Assembly: GCA_964247055.1 (NCBI GenBank)
Contig: OZ176054.1
Location: 248,001-312,000 of the forward strand
From: Paragordius varius
Taxonomy: Eukaryota > Animalia > Nematomorpha
Length of the DNA: 64,000 bases
Direction: 5' to 3'
A model generated the notes under the pieces. It was given only the letters and a program-made list of their open reading frames with translations, searched no databases and was not told where the DNA came from. Shown here piece after piece: positions 9,801 through 25,200 of the stretch (positions are counted from its first letter, which is position 1; each line of letters starts with the position of its first letter). Position numbers and translations under genes: made by a program.

Positions 9801-10800
9801 ATTTTTTTAAATATTTAAAAAATTTATTTTATACGATTTTAAAAATAAAAATGGCTACCTAAAATCCAAATTTGATCAGGTGATGTCACCATAATTTTTT
9901 TTAGGTAGCCCTATGGTAGTTCCATCATCACCCCAAATATTTTCGAGATCGGAGTATAAATGTAATTTTTATGAATTTTTTAAATATTTAAAAAATTTAT
10001 TTTATACGATTTTAAAAATAAAAATGGCTTTTCGAGATCGGAGTATAAATGTAATTTTTATGAATTTTTTAAATATTTAAAAAATTTATTTTATACGATT
10101 TTAAAAATAAAAATGGCTACCTAAAATCCAAATTTGATCAGGTGATGTCACTATAATTTTTTTGGGTAGCCCTATGGTAGTTCCATCATCACCCCAAATA
10201 TTGTCGAGATCTGAGTATAAATGTAATTTTTATGAATTTTTTAAATATTTAAAAAATTTATTTTATACGATTTTAAAAATAAAAATGGCTACCTAAAATC
10301 CAAATTTGATCAGGTGATGTCACCATAATTTTTTTTGGGTAGCCCTATGGTAGTTCCATCATCACCCCAAATATTTTCGGGATCGGAATATAAATGTAAT
10401 TTTTATGATTTTTTTAAATATTTAAAAAATTTATTTTATACGATTTTAAAAATAAAAATGGCTACCTAAAATCCAAATTTGATCAGGTGATGTCACCATA
10501 ATTTTTTTTGGGTAGCCCTATGGTAGTTCCATCATCACCCCAAATATTGTCGAGATCGGAGTATAAATGTAATTTTTATGAATTTTTTAAATATTTAAAA
10601 AATTTATTTTATACGATTTTAAAAATAAAAATGGCTACCTAAAATCCAAATTTGATCAGGTGATGTCGCCATAATTTTTTTTGGGTAGCCCTATAGTAGT
10701 TCCATCATCACCCCAAATATTTTCGAGATCGGAGTATAAATGTAATTTTTATGAATTTTTTAAATATTTAAAAAATTTATTTTATACGATTTTAAAAATA
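6200..10800. repeat. 17-unit duplication (2849-bp offset) carrying the 89-bp truncated unit
   Basis: The junction GGCT|TTTCGAG occurs at 7180 and 10029. Flanking GATGCCACC, CGGG-GGAAT and ATCTGAG markers match. Confidence 0.88.
7092..7180. repeat. 89-bp truncated monomer (84-bp deletion); second copy at 9941-10029
   Basis: TTTCGAGATC starts at 7092 and again at 7181. Monomer positions 121-173 and 1-31 are missing. Confidence 0.93.
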
Positions 10801-12242
10801 AACATGGCTACCTAAAATCCAAATTTGATCAGGTGATGTCGCCATAATTTTTTTTGGGTAGCCCTATGGTAGTTCCATCATCACCCCAAATATTGTCGAG
10901 ATCGGAGTATAAATGTAATTTTTTTGAATTCTTTAAATATTTAAAAAATTTATTTTATACGATTTTAAAAATAAAAATGGCTACCTAAAATCCAAATTTG
11001 ATCAGGTGATGTCGCCATAATTTTTTTTGGGTAGCCCTATGGTAGTTCCATCATCACCCCAAATATTGTCGAGATCGGAGTATAAATGTAATTTTTTTGA
11101 ATTTTTTAAATATTTAAAAAATATATTTTATACGATTTTAAAAATAAAAATGGCTACCTAAAATCCAAATTTGATCAGGTGATGTCACCATAATTTTTTT
11201 TGGGTAGCCCTATGGTAGTTCCATCATCACCCCAAATATTGTCGAGATCGGAGTATAAATGTAATTTTTTTGAATTTTTTAAATATTTAAAAAATATATT
11301 TTATACGATTTTAAAAATAAAAATGGCTACCTAAAATCCAAATTGATCAGGTGATGTCACCATAATTTTTTTTGGGTAGCCCTATGGTAGTTCCATCATC
11401 ACCTCAAAAATTGTCGAGATCGGAGTATAAATGTAATTTTTTTGAATTTTTTAAATATTTAAAAAATTTATTTTATACGATTTTAAAAATAAAAATGGCT
11501 ACCTAAAATCCAAATTTGATCAGGTGATGTCGCCATAATTTTTTTTGCGTAGCCCTATGGTAGTTTCATCATCACACCAAATATTTTGGGGATCGGACTA
11601 TAAATGTAATTTTTATGAAATTTTTAAATATTTAAAAAATTTATTTTATACGATTTTAAAAATAAAAATGGCTACCTAAAATCCAAATTTAATCAGGTAA
11701 TGTCACTATAATTTTTTTGGGTAGCCCTATGGTAGTTCAATCATCACCCCAAATATTTTCGAGATCGGAGTATAAATGTAATTTTTATGAATTTTTTAAA
11801 TATTTAAAAAATATATTTTATACGATTTTAAAAATAAAAATGGCTACCTAAAATCCAAATTTGATCAGGTGATGTCACTATAATTTTTTTGGGTAGCCCT
11901 ATGGTAGTTCCATCATCACCCCAAATATTGTCGAGATCGGAGTATAAATGTAATTTTTATGAATTTTTTAAATATTTAAAAAATTTATTTTATACGATTT
12001 TAAAAATAAAAATGGCTACCTAAAATCCAAATTTGAACAGGTGATGTCGCCATAATTTTTTTGGGTAGCCCTATAGTAGTTCCATCATCACCCCAAATAT
12101 TTTCGAGATCGGAGTATAAATGTAATTTTTATGAATTTTTTAAATATTTAAAAAATTTATTTTATACGATTTTAAAAATAAAAATGGCTACCTAAAATCC
12201 AAATTTGATCAGGTGATGTCACCATAATTTTTTTTGGGTAGC

Positions 12243-15200
12243 CCTATAATTCCATCATCACCCCAAATATTGTCGAGATCGGAGTATAAATGTAATTTTT
12301 TTGAATTTTTTAAATATTTAAAAAATTTATTTTATACGATTTTAAAAATAAAAATGGCTACCTAAAATCCAAATTTGATCAGGTGATGTCACCATAATTT
12401 TTTTTGGGTAGCCCTATGGTAGTTCCATCATCACCCCAAATATTTTGGCGATCGGACTATAAATGTAATTTTTATGAATTTTTTAAATATTTAAAAAATT
12501 TATTTTATACGATTTTAAAAATAAAAATGGCTACCTAAAATCCAAATTTGATCAGGTGATGTCACTATAATTTTTTTTGGGTAGCCCTATGGTAGTTCCA
12601 TCATCACCCCAAATATTTTCGAGATCGGAGTATAAATGTAATTTTTATGAATTTTTTAAATATTTAAAAAATTTATTTTATACGATTTTAAAAATAAAAA
12701 TGGCTACCTAAAATCCAAATTTGATCAGGTGATGTCACCATAATTTTTTTTGGGTAGCCCTATAATAGTTCCATCATCACCCCAAATATTTTGGGGATCG
12801 GACTATAAATGTAATTTTTATGAATTTTTTAAATATTTAAAAAATTTATTTTATACGATTTTAAGATAAAAATGGCTACCTAAAATCCAAATTTGATCAG
12901 GTGATGTCAATATAATTTTTTTGGGTAGCCCTATGGTAGTTCCAACATCACCCCAAATATTTTCGAGATCGGAGTATAAATGTAATTTTTATGAATTTTT
13001 TAAATATTAAAAAAATTTATTTTATACGATTTTAAAAATAAAAATGGCTACCTAAAATCCAAATTTGATCAGGTGATGTCACCATAATTTTTTTTGGGTA
13101 GCCCTATGGTAGTTCCATCATCACCCCAAATATTTTGGCGATCGGACTATAAATGTAATTTTTATGAATTTTTTAAATATTTAAAAAATTTATTTTATAC
13201 GATTTTAAAAATAAAAATGGCTACCTAAAATCCAAATTTGATCAGGTGATGTCACCATAATTTTTTTTGGGTAGCCCTATGGTAGTTCCATCATCACCCC
13301 AAATATTTTGGCGATCGGACTATAAATGTAATTTTTATGAATTTTTTAAATATTTAAAAAATTTATTTTATACGATTTTAAAAATAAAAATGGCTACCTA
13401 AAATCCAAATTTGATCAGGTGATGTCACCATAATTTTTTTTGGGTAGCCCTATGGTAGTTCCATCATCACCCCAAATATTTTGGCGATCGGACTATAAAT
13501 GTAATTTTTATGAATTTTTTAAATATTTAAAAAATTTATTTTATACGATTTTAAAAATAAAAATGGCTACCTAAAATCCAAATTTGATCAGGTGATGTCA
13601 CTATAATTTTTTTTGGGTAGCCCTATGGTAGTTCTCCATCATCACCCCAAATATTTTCGAGATCGGAGTATAAATGTAATTTTTATGAATTTTTTAAATA
13701 TTTAAAAAATTTATTTTATACGATTTTAAAAATAAAAATGGCTACCTAAAATCCAAATTTGATCAGGTGATGTCACCATAATTTTTTTTGGGTAGCCCTA
13801 TAATAGTTCCATCATCACCCCAAATATTTTGGGGATCGGACTATAAATGTAATTTTTATGAATTTTTTAAATATTTAAAAAATTTATTTTATACGATTTT
13901 AAGATAAAAATGGCTACCTAAAATCCAAATTTGATCAGGTGATGTCAATATAATTTTTTTGGGTAGCCCTATGGTAGTTCCAACATCACCCCAAATATTT
14001 TCGAGATCGGAGTATAAATGTAATTTTTATGAATTTTTTAAATATTAAAAAAATTTATTTTATACGATTTTAAAAATAAAAATGGCTACCTAAAATCCAA
14101 ATTTGATCAGGTGATGTCACCATAATTTTTTTTGGGTAGCCCTATGGTAGTTCCATCATCACCCCAAATATTTTGGCGATCGGACTATAAATGTAATTTT
14201 TATGAATTTTTTAAATATTTAAAAAATTTATTTTATACGATTTTAAAAATAAAAATGGCTACCTAAAATCCAAATTTGATCAGGTGATGTCACCATAATT
14301 TTTTTTGGGTAGCCCTATGGTAGTTCCATCATCACCCCAAATATTTTGGCGATCGGACTATAAATGTAATTTTTATGAATTTTTTAAATATTTAAAAAAT
14401 TTATTTTATACGATTTTAAGATAAAAATGGCTACCTAAAATCCAAATTTGATCAGGTGATGTCACTATAATTTTTTTGGGTAGCCCTATGGTAGTTCCAA
14501 CATCACCCCAAATATTTTCGAGATCGGAGTATAAATGTAATTTTTATGAATTTTTTAAATATTTAAAAAATTTATTTTATACGATTTTAAAAATAAAAAT
14601 GGCTACCTAAAATCCAAATTTGATCAGCTGATGTCACCATAATTTTTTTTGGGTAGCCCTATGGTAGTTCCATCATCACCCCAAATATTTTGGCGATCGG
14701 ACTATAAATGTAATTTTTATGAATTTTTTAAATATTTAAAAAATTTATTTTATACGATTTTAAAAATAAAAATGGCTACCTAAAATCCAAATTTGATCAG
14801 GTGATGTCACCATAATTTTTTTTGGGTAGCCCTATGGTAGTTCCATCATCACCCCAAATATTTTGGCGATCGGACTATAAATGTAATTTTTATGAATTTT
14901 TTAAATATTTAAAAAATTTATTTTATACGATTTTAAGATAAAAATGGCTACCTAAAATCCAAATTTGATCAGGTGATGTCACTATAATTTTTTTGGGTAG
15001 CCCTATGGTAGTTCCAACATCACCCCAAATATTTTCGAGATCGGAGTATAAATGTAATTTTTATGAATTTTTTAAATATTTAAAAAATTTATTTTATACG
15101 ATTTTAAAAATAAAAATGGCTACCTAAAATCCAAATTTGATCAGGTGATGTCACCATAATTTTTTTTGGGTAGCCCTATGGTAATTCCATCATCACCCCA

Positions 15201-16200
15201 AATATTGTCGAGATCGGAGTATAAATGTAATTTTTTTGAATTTTTTAAATATTTAAAAAATTTATTTTATACGATTTTAAAAATAAAAATGGCTACCTAA
15301 AATCCAAATTTGATCAGGTGATGTCACCATAATTTTTTTTGGGTAGCCCTATGGTAGTTCCATCATCACCCCAAATATTTTGGCGATCGGACTATAAATG
15401 TAATTTTTATGAATTTTTTAAATATTTAAAAAATTTATTTTATACGATTTTAAAAATAAAAATGGCTACCTAAAATCCAAATTTGATCAGGTGATGTCAC
15501 CATAATTTTTTTTGGGTAGCCCTATGGTAGTTCCATCATCACCCCAAATATTTTGGCGATCGGACTATAAATGTAATTTTTATGAATTTTTTAAATATTT
15601 AAAAAATTTATTTTATACGATTTTAAGATAAAAATGGCTACCTAAAATCCAAATTTGATCAGGTGATGTCACTATAATTTTTTTGGGTAGCCCTATGGTA
15701 GTTCCAACATCACCCCAAATATTTTCGAGATCGGAGTATAAATGTAATTTTTATGAATTTTTTAAATATTTAAAAAATTTATTTTATACGATTTTAAAAA
15801 TAAAAATGGCTACCTAAAATCCAAATTTGATCAGGTGATGTCACCATAATTTTTTTTGGGTAGCCCTATGGTAATTCCATCATCACCCCAAATATTGTCG
15901 AGATCGGAGTATAAATGTAATTTTTTTGAATTTTTTAAATATTTAAAAAATTTATTTTATACGATTTTAAAAATAAAAATGGCTACCTAAAATCCAAATT
16001 TGATCAGGTGATGTCACCATAATTTTTTTTGGGTAGCCCTATGGTAGTTCCATCATCACCCCAAATATTTTGGCGATCGGACTATAAATGTAATTTTTAT
16101 GAATTTTTTAAATATTTAAAAAATTTATTTTATACGATTTTAAGATAAAAATGGCTACCTAAAATCCAAATTTGATCAGGTGATGTCACCATAATTTTTT
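12243..16200. repeat. Local higher-order repeats with 6-, 3- and 4-monomer periods
   Basis: The CCAACATC marker at 12944/13982 (1038 bp), 14499/15016 (517 bp) and 15016/15706 (690 bp). Confidence 0.85.
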
Positions 16201-19200
16201 TTGGGTAGCCCTATGGTAATTCCATCATCACCCCAAATATTGTCGAGATCGGAGTATAAATGTAATTTTTTTGAATTTTTTAAATATTTAAAAAATTTAT
16301 TTTATACGATTTTAAAAATAAAAATGGCTACCTAAAATCCAAATTTGATCAGGTGATGTCACCATAATTTTTTTTGGGTAGCCCTATGGTAGTTCCATCA
16401 TCACCACAAATATTTTGGGGATCGGACTATAAATGTAATTTTTATGAATTTTTTAAATATTTAAAAAATTTATTTTATACGATTTTAAAAATAAAAATGG
16501 CTACCTAAAATCCAAATTTGATCAGGTGATGTCACCATAATTTTTTTTGGGTAGCCCTATAATTCCATCATCACCCCAAATATTGTCGAGATCGGAGTAT
16601 AAATGTAATTTTTTTGAATTTTTTAAATATTTAAAAAATTTATTTTATACGATTTTAAAAATAAAAATGGCTACCTAAAATCCAAATTTGATCAGGTGAT
16701 GTCACCATAATTTTTTTTGGGTAGCCCTATGGTAGTTCCATCATCACCCCAAATATTTTGGCGATCGGACTATAAATGTAATTTTTATGAATTTTTTAAA
16801 TATTTAAAAAATTTATTTTATACGATTTTAAAAATAAAAATGGCTACCTAAAATCCAAATTTGATCAGGTGATGTCACTATAATTTTTTTTGGGTAGCCC
16901 TATGGTAGTTCCATCATCACCCCAAATATTTTCGAGATCGGAGTATAAATGTAATTTTTATGAATTTTTTAAATATTTAAAAAATTTATTTTATACGATT
17001 TTAAAAATAAAAATGGCTACCTAAAATCCAAATTTGATCAGGTGATGTCACCATAATTTTTTTTGGGTAGCCCTATAATAGTTCCATCATCACCCCAAAT
17101 ATTTTGGAGATCGGACTATAAATGTAATTTTTATGAATTTTTTAAATATTTAAAAAATTTATTTTATACGATTTTAAGATAAAAATGGCTACCTAAAATC
17201 CAAATTTGATCAGGTGATGTCAATATAATTTTTTTGGGTAGCCCTATGGTAGTTCCAACATCACCCCAAATATTTTCGAGATCGGAGTATAAATGTAATT
17301 TTTATGAATTTTTTAAATATTAAAAAAATTTATTTTATACGATTTTAAAAATAAAAATGGCTACCTAAAATCCAAATTTGATCAGGTGATGTCACCATAA
17401 TTTTTTTTGGGTAGCCCTATGGTAGTTCCATCATCACCCCAAATATTTTGGCGATCGGACTATAAATGTAATTTTTATGAATTTTTTAAATATTTAAAAA
17501 ATTTATTTTATACGATTTTAAAAATAAAAATGGCTACCTAAAATCCAAATTTGATCAGGTGATGTCACCATAATTTTTTTTGGGTAGCCCTATGGTAGTT
17601 CCATCATCACCCCAAATATTTTGGCGATCGGACTATAAATGTAATTTTTATGAATTTTTTAAATATTTAAAAAATTTATTTTATACGATTTTAAGATAAA
17701 AATGGCTACCTAAAATCCAAATTTGATCAGGTGATGTCACTATAATTTTTTTGGGTAGCCCTATGGTAGTTCCAACATCACCCCAAATATTTTCGAGATC
17801 GGAGTATAAATGTAATTTTTATGAATTTTTTAAATATTTAAAAAATTTATTTTATACGATTTTAAAAATAAAAATGGCTACCTAAAATCCAAATTTGATC
17901 AGGTGATGTCACCATAATTTTTTTTGGGTAGCCCTATGGTAGTTCCATCATCACCCCAAATATTTTGGCGATCGGACTATAAATGTAATTTTTATGAATT
18001 TTTTAAATATTTAAAAAATTTATTTTATACGATTTTAAAAATAAAAATGGCTACCTAAAATCCAAATTTGATCAGGTAATGTCACCATAATTTTTTTTGG
18101 GTAGCCCTATGGTAGTTCCATCATCACCCCAAATATTTTGGCGATCGGACTATAAATGTAATTTTTATGAATTTTTTAAATATTTAAAAAATTTATTTTA
18201 TACGATTTTAAGATAAAAATGGCTACCTAAAATCCAAATTTGATCAGGTGATGTCACTATAATTTTTTTGGGTAGCCCTATGGTAGTTCCAACATCACCC
18301 CAAATATTTTCGAGATCGGAGTATAAATGTAATTTTTATGAATTTTTTAAATATTTAAAAAATTTATTTTATACGATTTTAAAAATAAAAATGGCTACCT
18401 AAAATCCAAATTTGATCAGGTGATGTCACCATAATTTTTTTTGGGTAGCCCTATGGTAATTCCATCATCACCCCAAATATTGTCGAGATCGGAGTATAAA
18501 TGTAATTTTTTTGAATTTTTTAAATATTTAAAAAATTTATTTTATACGATTTTAAAAATAAAAATGGCTACCTAAAATCCAAATTTGATCAGGTGATGTC
18601 ACCATAATTTTTTTGGGTAGCCCTATGGTAGTTCCATCATCACCACAAATATTTTGGGGATCGGACTATAAATGTAATTTTTATGAATTTTTTAAATATT
18701 TAAAAAATTTATTTTATACGATTTTAAAAATAAAAATGGCTACCTAAAATCCAAATTTGATCAGGTGATGTCACCATAATTTTTTTTGGGTAGCCCTATA
18801 ATTCCATCATCACCCCAAATATTGTCGAGATCGGAGTATAAATGTAATTTTTTTGAATTTTTTAAATATTTAAAAAATTTATTTTATACGATTTTAAAAA
18901 TAAAAATGGCTACCTAAAATCCAAATTTGATCAGGTGATGTCACCATAATTTTTTTTGGGTAGCCCTATGGTAGTTCCATCATCACCACAAATATTTTGG
19001 GGATCGGACTATAAATGTAACTTTTATGAATTTTTTAAATATTTAAAAAATTTATTTTATACGATTTTAAAAATAAAAATTGCTACCTAAAATCCAAATT
19101 TGATCAGGTGATGTCACCATAATTTTTTTGGGTAGCCCTATGGTAGTTCCATCATCACCCCAAATATTTTCAAGATCGGAGTATAAATGTAATTTTTATG

Positions 19201-22200
19201 AATTTTTTAAATATTTAAAAAATTTATTTTATACGATTTAAAAAATAAAAATGGCTACCTAGAATCCAAATTTGATCAGGTGATGTCACCATAATTTTTT
19301 TTGGGTAGCCCTATGGTAGTTCCATCATCACCCCAAATATTGTCGAGATCGGAGTATAAATGTAATTTTTTTGAATTTTTTAAATATTTAAAAAATTTAT
19401 TTTATACGATTTTAAAAATAAAAATGGCTACCTAAAATCCAAATTTGATCAGGTGATGTCACCATAATTTTTTTTGGGTAGCCCTATGGTAGTTCCATCA
19501 TCACCCCAAATATGTTGGGGATCGGACTATAAATGTAATTTTTATGAATTTTTTAAATATTTAAAAAATTTATTTTATACGATTTTAAAAATAAAAATGG
19601 CTACCTAAAATCCAAATTTGATCAGGTGATGTCACTATAATTTTTTTTGGGTAGCCCTATGGTAGTTCCATCATCACCCCAAATATTTTGGCGATCGGAC
19701 TATAAATGTAATTTTTATGAATTTTTTAAATATTTAAAAAATTTATTTTATACGATTTTAAGATAAAAATGGCTACCTAAAATCCAAATTTGATCAGGTG
19801 ATGTCACTATAATTTTTTTGGGTAGCCCTATGGTAGTTCCAATATCACCCCAAATATTTTCGAGATCGGAGTATAAATGTAATTTTTATGAATTTTTTAA
19901 ATATTTAAAAAATTTATTTTATACGATTTTAAAAATAAAAATGGCTACCTAAAATCCAAATTTGATCAGGTGATGTCACCATAATTTTTTTTGGGTAGCC
20001 CTATGGTAGTTCCATCATCACCCCAAATATTTTGGCGATCGGACTATAAATGTAATTTTTATGAATTTTTTAAATATTTAAAAAATTTATTTTATACGAT
20101 TTTAAGATAAAAATGGCTACCTAAAATCCAAATTTGATCAGGTGATGTCACCATAATTTTTTTTGGGTAGCCCTATGGTAATTCCATCATCACCCCAAAT
20201 ATTGTCGAGATCGGAGTATAAATGTAATTTTTTTGAATTTTTTAAATATTTAAAATATTTATTTTATACGATTTTAAAAATAAAAATGGCTACCTAAAAT
20301 CCAAATTTGATCAGGTGATGTCACAATAATTTTTTTTGGGTAGCCCTATGGTAGTTCCATCATCACCACAAATATTTTGGGGATCGGACTATAAATGTAA
20401 TTTTTATGAATTTTTTAAATATTTAAAAAATTTATTTTATACGATTTTAAAAATAAAAATGGCTACCTAAAATCCAAATTTGATCAGGTGATGTCACCAT
20501 AATTTTTTTTGGGTAGCCCTATAATTCCATCATCACCCCAAATATTGTCGAGATCGGAGTATAAATGTAATTTTTTTGAATTTTTTAAATATTTAAAAAA
20601 TTTATTTTATACGATTTTAAAAATAAAAATGGCTACCTAAAATCCAAATTTGATCAGGTGATGTCACCATAATTTTTTTTGGGTAGCCCTATGGTAGTTC
20701 CATCATCACCACAAATATTTTGGAGATCGGACTATAAATGTAACTTTTATGAATTTTTTAAATATTTAAAAAATTTATTTTATACGATTTTAAAAATAAA
20801 AATGGCTACCTAAAATCCAAAATTGATCAGGTGATGTCACCATAATTTTTTTTGCGTAGCCCTATGGTAGTTCCATCATCACGCCAAATATTTTCGAGAT
20901 CGGAGTATAAATGTAATTTTTATGAATTTTTTAAATATTTAAAAAATTTATTTTATACGATTTTAAAAATAAAAATGGCTACCTAAAATCCAAATTTGAT
21001 CAGGTGATGTCACCATAATTTTTTTTGGGTAGCCCTATGGTAGTTCCATCATCACCCCAAATATTGTCGAGATCGGAGTATAAATGTAATTTTTTTGAAT
21101 TTTTTAAATATTTAAAAAATTTATTTTATACGATTTTAAAAATAAAAATGGCTACCTAAAATCCAAATTTGATCAGGTGATGTCACCATAATTTTTTTTG
21201 GGTAGCCCTATGGTAGTTCCATCATCACCCCAAATATTTTGGCGATCGGACTATAAATGTAATTTTTATGAATTTTTTAAATATTTAAAAAATTTATTTT
21301 ATACGATTTTAAGATAAAAATGGCTACCTAAAATCCAAATTTGATCAGGTGATGTCACTATAATTTTTTTGGGTAGCCCTATGGTAGTTCCAACATCACC
21401 CCAAATATTTTCGAGATCGGAGTATAAATGTAATTTTTATGAATTTTTTAAATATTTAAAAAATTTATTTTATACGATTTTAAAAATAAAAATGGCTACC
21501 TAAAATCCAAATTTGATCAGGTGATGTCACCATAATTTTTTTTGGGTAGCCCTATGGTAGTTCCATCATCACCACAAATATTTTGGAGATCGGACTATAA
21601 ATGTAACTTTTATGAATTTTTTAAATATTTAAAAAATTTATTTTATACGATTTTAAAAATAAAAATCGCTACCTAAAATCCAAATTTGATCAGGTGATGT
21701 CACCATAATTTTTTTTGGGTAGCCCTATGGTAGTTCCATCATCACCCCAAATATTTTCGAGATCGGAGTATAAATGTAATTTTTATGAATTTTTTAAATA
21801 TTTAAAAAATTTATTTTATACGATTTTAAAAATAAAAATGGCTACCTAAAATCCAAATTTGATCAGGTGATGTCACCATAATTTTTTTTGAGTAGCCCTA
21901 TGGTAATTCCATCATCACCCCAAATATTTTGGGGATCGGACTATAAATGTAACTTTTATGAATTTTTTAAATATTTAAAAAATTTATTTTATACGATTTT
22001 AAAAATAAAAATGGCTACCTAAAATCCAAATTTGATCAGGTGATGTCACCATAATTTTTTTTGGGTAGCCCTATGGTAGTTCCATCATCACCCCAAATAT
22101 GTTGGGGATCGGACTATAAATGTAATTTTTATGAATTTTTTAAATATTTAAAAAATTTATTTTATACGATTTTAAAAATAAAAATGGCTACCTAAAATCC

Positions 22201-25200
22201 AAATTTGATCAGGTGATGTCACCATAATTTTTTTTGGGTAGCCCTATGGTAGTTCCATCATCACCCCAAATATTTTCGAGATCGGAGTATAAATGTAATT
22301 TTTATGAATTTTTTAAATATTTAAAAAATTTATTTTATACGATTTTAAAAATAAAAATGGCTACCTAAAATCCAAATTTGATCAGGTGATGTCACCATAA
22401 TTTTTTTTGGGTAGCCCTATGGTAGTTCCATCATCACCCCAAATATTTTGGCGATCGGACTATAAATGTAATTTTTATGAATTTTTTAAATATTTAAAAA
22501 ATTTTTTTTATACGATTTTAAGATAAAAATGGCTACCTAAAATCCAAATTTGATCAGGTGATGTCACTATTATTTTTTTGGGTAGCCCTATGGTAGTTCC
22601 AACATCACCCCAAATATTTTCGAGATCGGAGTATAAATGTAATTTTTTTGAATTTTTTAAATATTTAAAAAATTTATTTTATACGATTTTAAAAATAAAA
22701 ATGGCTACCTAAAATCCAAATTTGATCAGGTGATGTCACCATAATTTTTTTTGGGTAGCCCTATGGTAGTTCCATCATCACCCCAAATATGTTGGGGATC
22801 GGAGTATAAATGTAATTTTTATGAATTTTTTAAATATTTAAAAAATTTATTTTATACGATTTTAAAAATAAAAATGGCTACCTAAAATCCAAATTTGATC
22901 AGGTGATGTCACTATAATTTTTTTTGGGTAGCCCTATGGTAGTTCCATCATCACCCCAAATATTTTCGAGATCGGAGTATAAATGTAATTTTTATGAATT
23001 TTTTAAATATTTAAAAAATTTATTTTATACGATTTTAAAAATAAAAATGGCTACCTAAAATCCAAATTTGATCAGGTGATGTCACAATAATTTTTTTTGG
23101 GTAGCCCTATGGTAGTACATCATCACCCCAACTATTTTGGGGATCGGACTATAAATGTAATTTTTATGAATTTTTTAAATATTTAAAAAATTTATTTTAT
23201 ACGATTTTAAAAAAAAAATGGCTACCTAAAATCCAAATTTGATCAGGTGATGTCACTATAATTTTTTTTGGGTAGCCCTATGGTAGTTCCATCATCACCC
23301 CAAATATTGTCGAGATCGGAGTATAAATGTAATTTTTATGAATTTTTTAAATATTTAAAAAATTTATTTTATACGATATTAAAAATAAAAATGGCTACCT
23401 AAAATCCAAATTTGATCAGGTGATGTCACCATAATTTTTTTTGAGTAGCCCTATGGTAATTCCATCATCACCCCAAATATTTTGGGGATCGGACTATAAA
23501 TGTAACTTTTATGAATTTTTTAAATATTTAAAAAATTTATTTTATACGATTTTAAAAATAAAAATGGCTACCTAAAATCCAAATTTGATCAGGTGATGTC
23601 ACCATAATTTTTTTTGGGTAGCCCTATGGTAGTTCCATCATCACCCCAAATATGTTGGGGATCGGACTATAAATGTAATTTTTATGAATTTTTTAAATAT
23701 TTAAAAAATTTATTTTATACGATTTTAAAAATAAAAATGGCTACCTAAAATCCAAATTTGATCAGGTGATGTCACCATAATTTTTTTTGGGTAGCCCTAT
23801 GGTAGTTCCATCATCACCCCAAATATTTTCGAGATCGGAGTATAAATGTAATTTTTATGAATTTTTTAAATATTTAAAAAATTTATTTTATACGATTTTA
23901 AAAATAAAAATGGCTACCTAAAATCCAAATTTGATCAGGTGATGTCACCATAATTTTTTTTGGGTAGCCCTATGGTAGTTCCATCATCACCCCAAATATT
24001 TTGGCGATCGGACTATAAATGTAATTTTTATGAATTTTTTAAATATTTAAAAAATTTTTTTTATACGATTTTAAGATAAAAATGGCTACCTAAAATCCAA
24101 ATTTGATCAGGTGATGTCACTATTATTTTTTTGGGTAGCCCTATGGTAGTTCCAACATCACCCCAAATATTTTCGAGATCGGAGTATAAATGTAATTTTT
24201 ATGAATTTTTTAAATATTTAAAAAATTTATTTTATACGATTTTAAAAATAAAAATGGCTACCTAAAATCCAAATTTGATCAGGTGATGTCACCATAATTT
24301 TTTTTGGGTAGCCCTATGGTAGTTCCATCATCACCCCAAATATTTTGGCGATCGGACTATAAATGTAATTTTTATGAATTTTTTAAATATTTAAAAAATT
24401 TTTTTTATACGATTTTAAGATAAAAATGGCTACCTAAAATCCAAATTTGATCAGGTGATGTCACTATTATTTTTTTGGGTAGCCCTATGGTAGTTCCAAC
24501 ATCACCCCAAATATTTTCGAGATCGGAGTATAAATGTAATTTTTATGAATTTTTTAAATATTTAAAAAATTTATTTTATACGATTTTAAAAATAAAAATG
24601 GCTACCTAAAATCCAAATTTGATCAGGTGATGTCACCATAATTTTTTTTGGGTAGCCCTATGGTAATTCCATCATCACCCCAAATATTGTCGAGATCGGA
24701 GTATAAATGTAATTTTTTTGAATTTTTTAAATATTTAAAAAATTTATTTTATACGATTTTAAAAATAAAAATGGCTACCTAGAATCCAAATTTGATCAGG
24801 TGATGTCACCATAATTTTTTTTGGGTAGCCCTATGGTAGTTCCATCATCACTTCAAATATTGTCGAGATCGGAGTATAAATGTAATTTTTTTGAATTTTT
24901 TAAATATTTAAAAAATTTATTTTATACGATTTTAAAAATAAAAATGGCTACCTAAAATCCAAATTTGATCAGGTGATGTCACCATAATTTTTTTTGGGTA
25001 GCCCTATGGTAGTTCCATCATCACCCCAAATATGTTGGGGATCGGACTATAAATGTAATTTTTATGAATTTTTTAAATATTTAAAAAATTTATTTTATAC
25101 GATTTTAAAAATAAAAATGGCTACCTAAAATCCAAATTTGATCAGGTGATGTCACTTTAATTTTTTTTGGGTAGCCCTATGGTAGTTCCATCATCACCCC

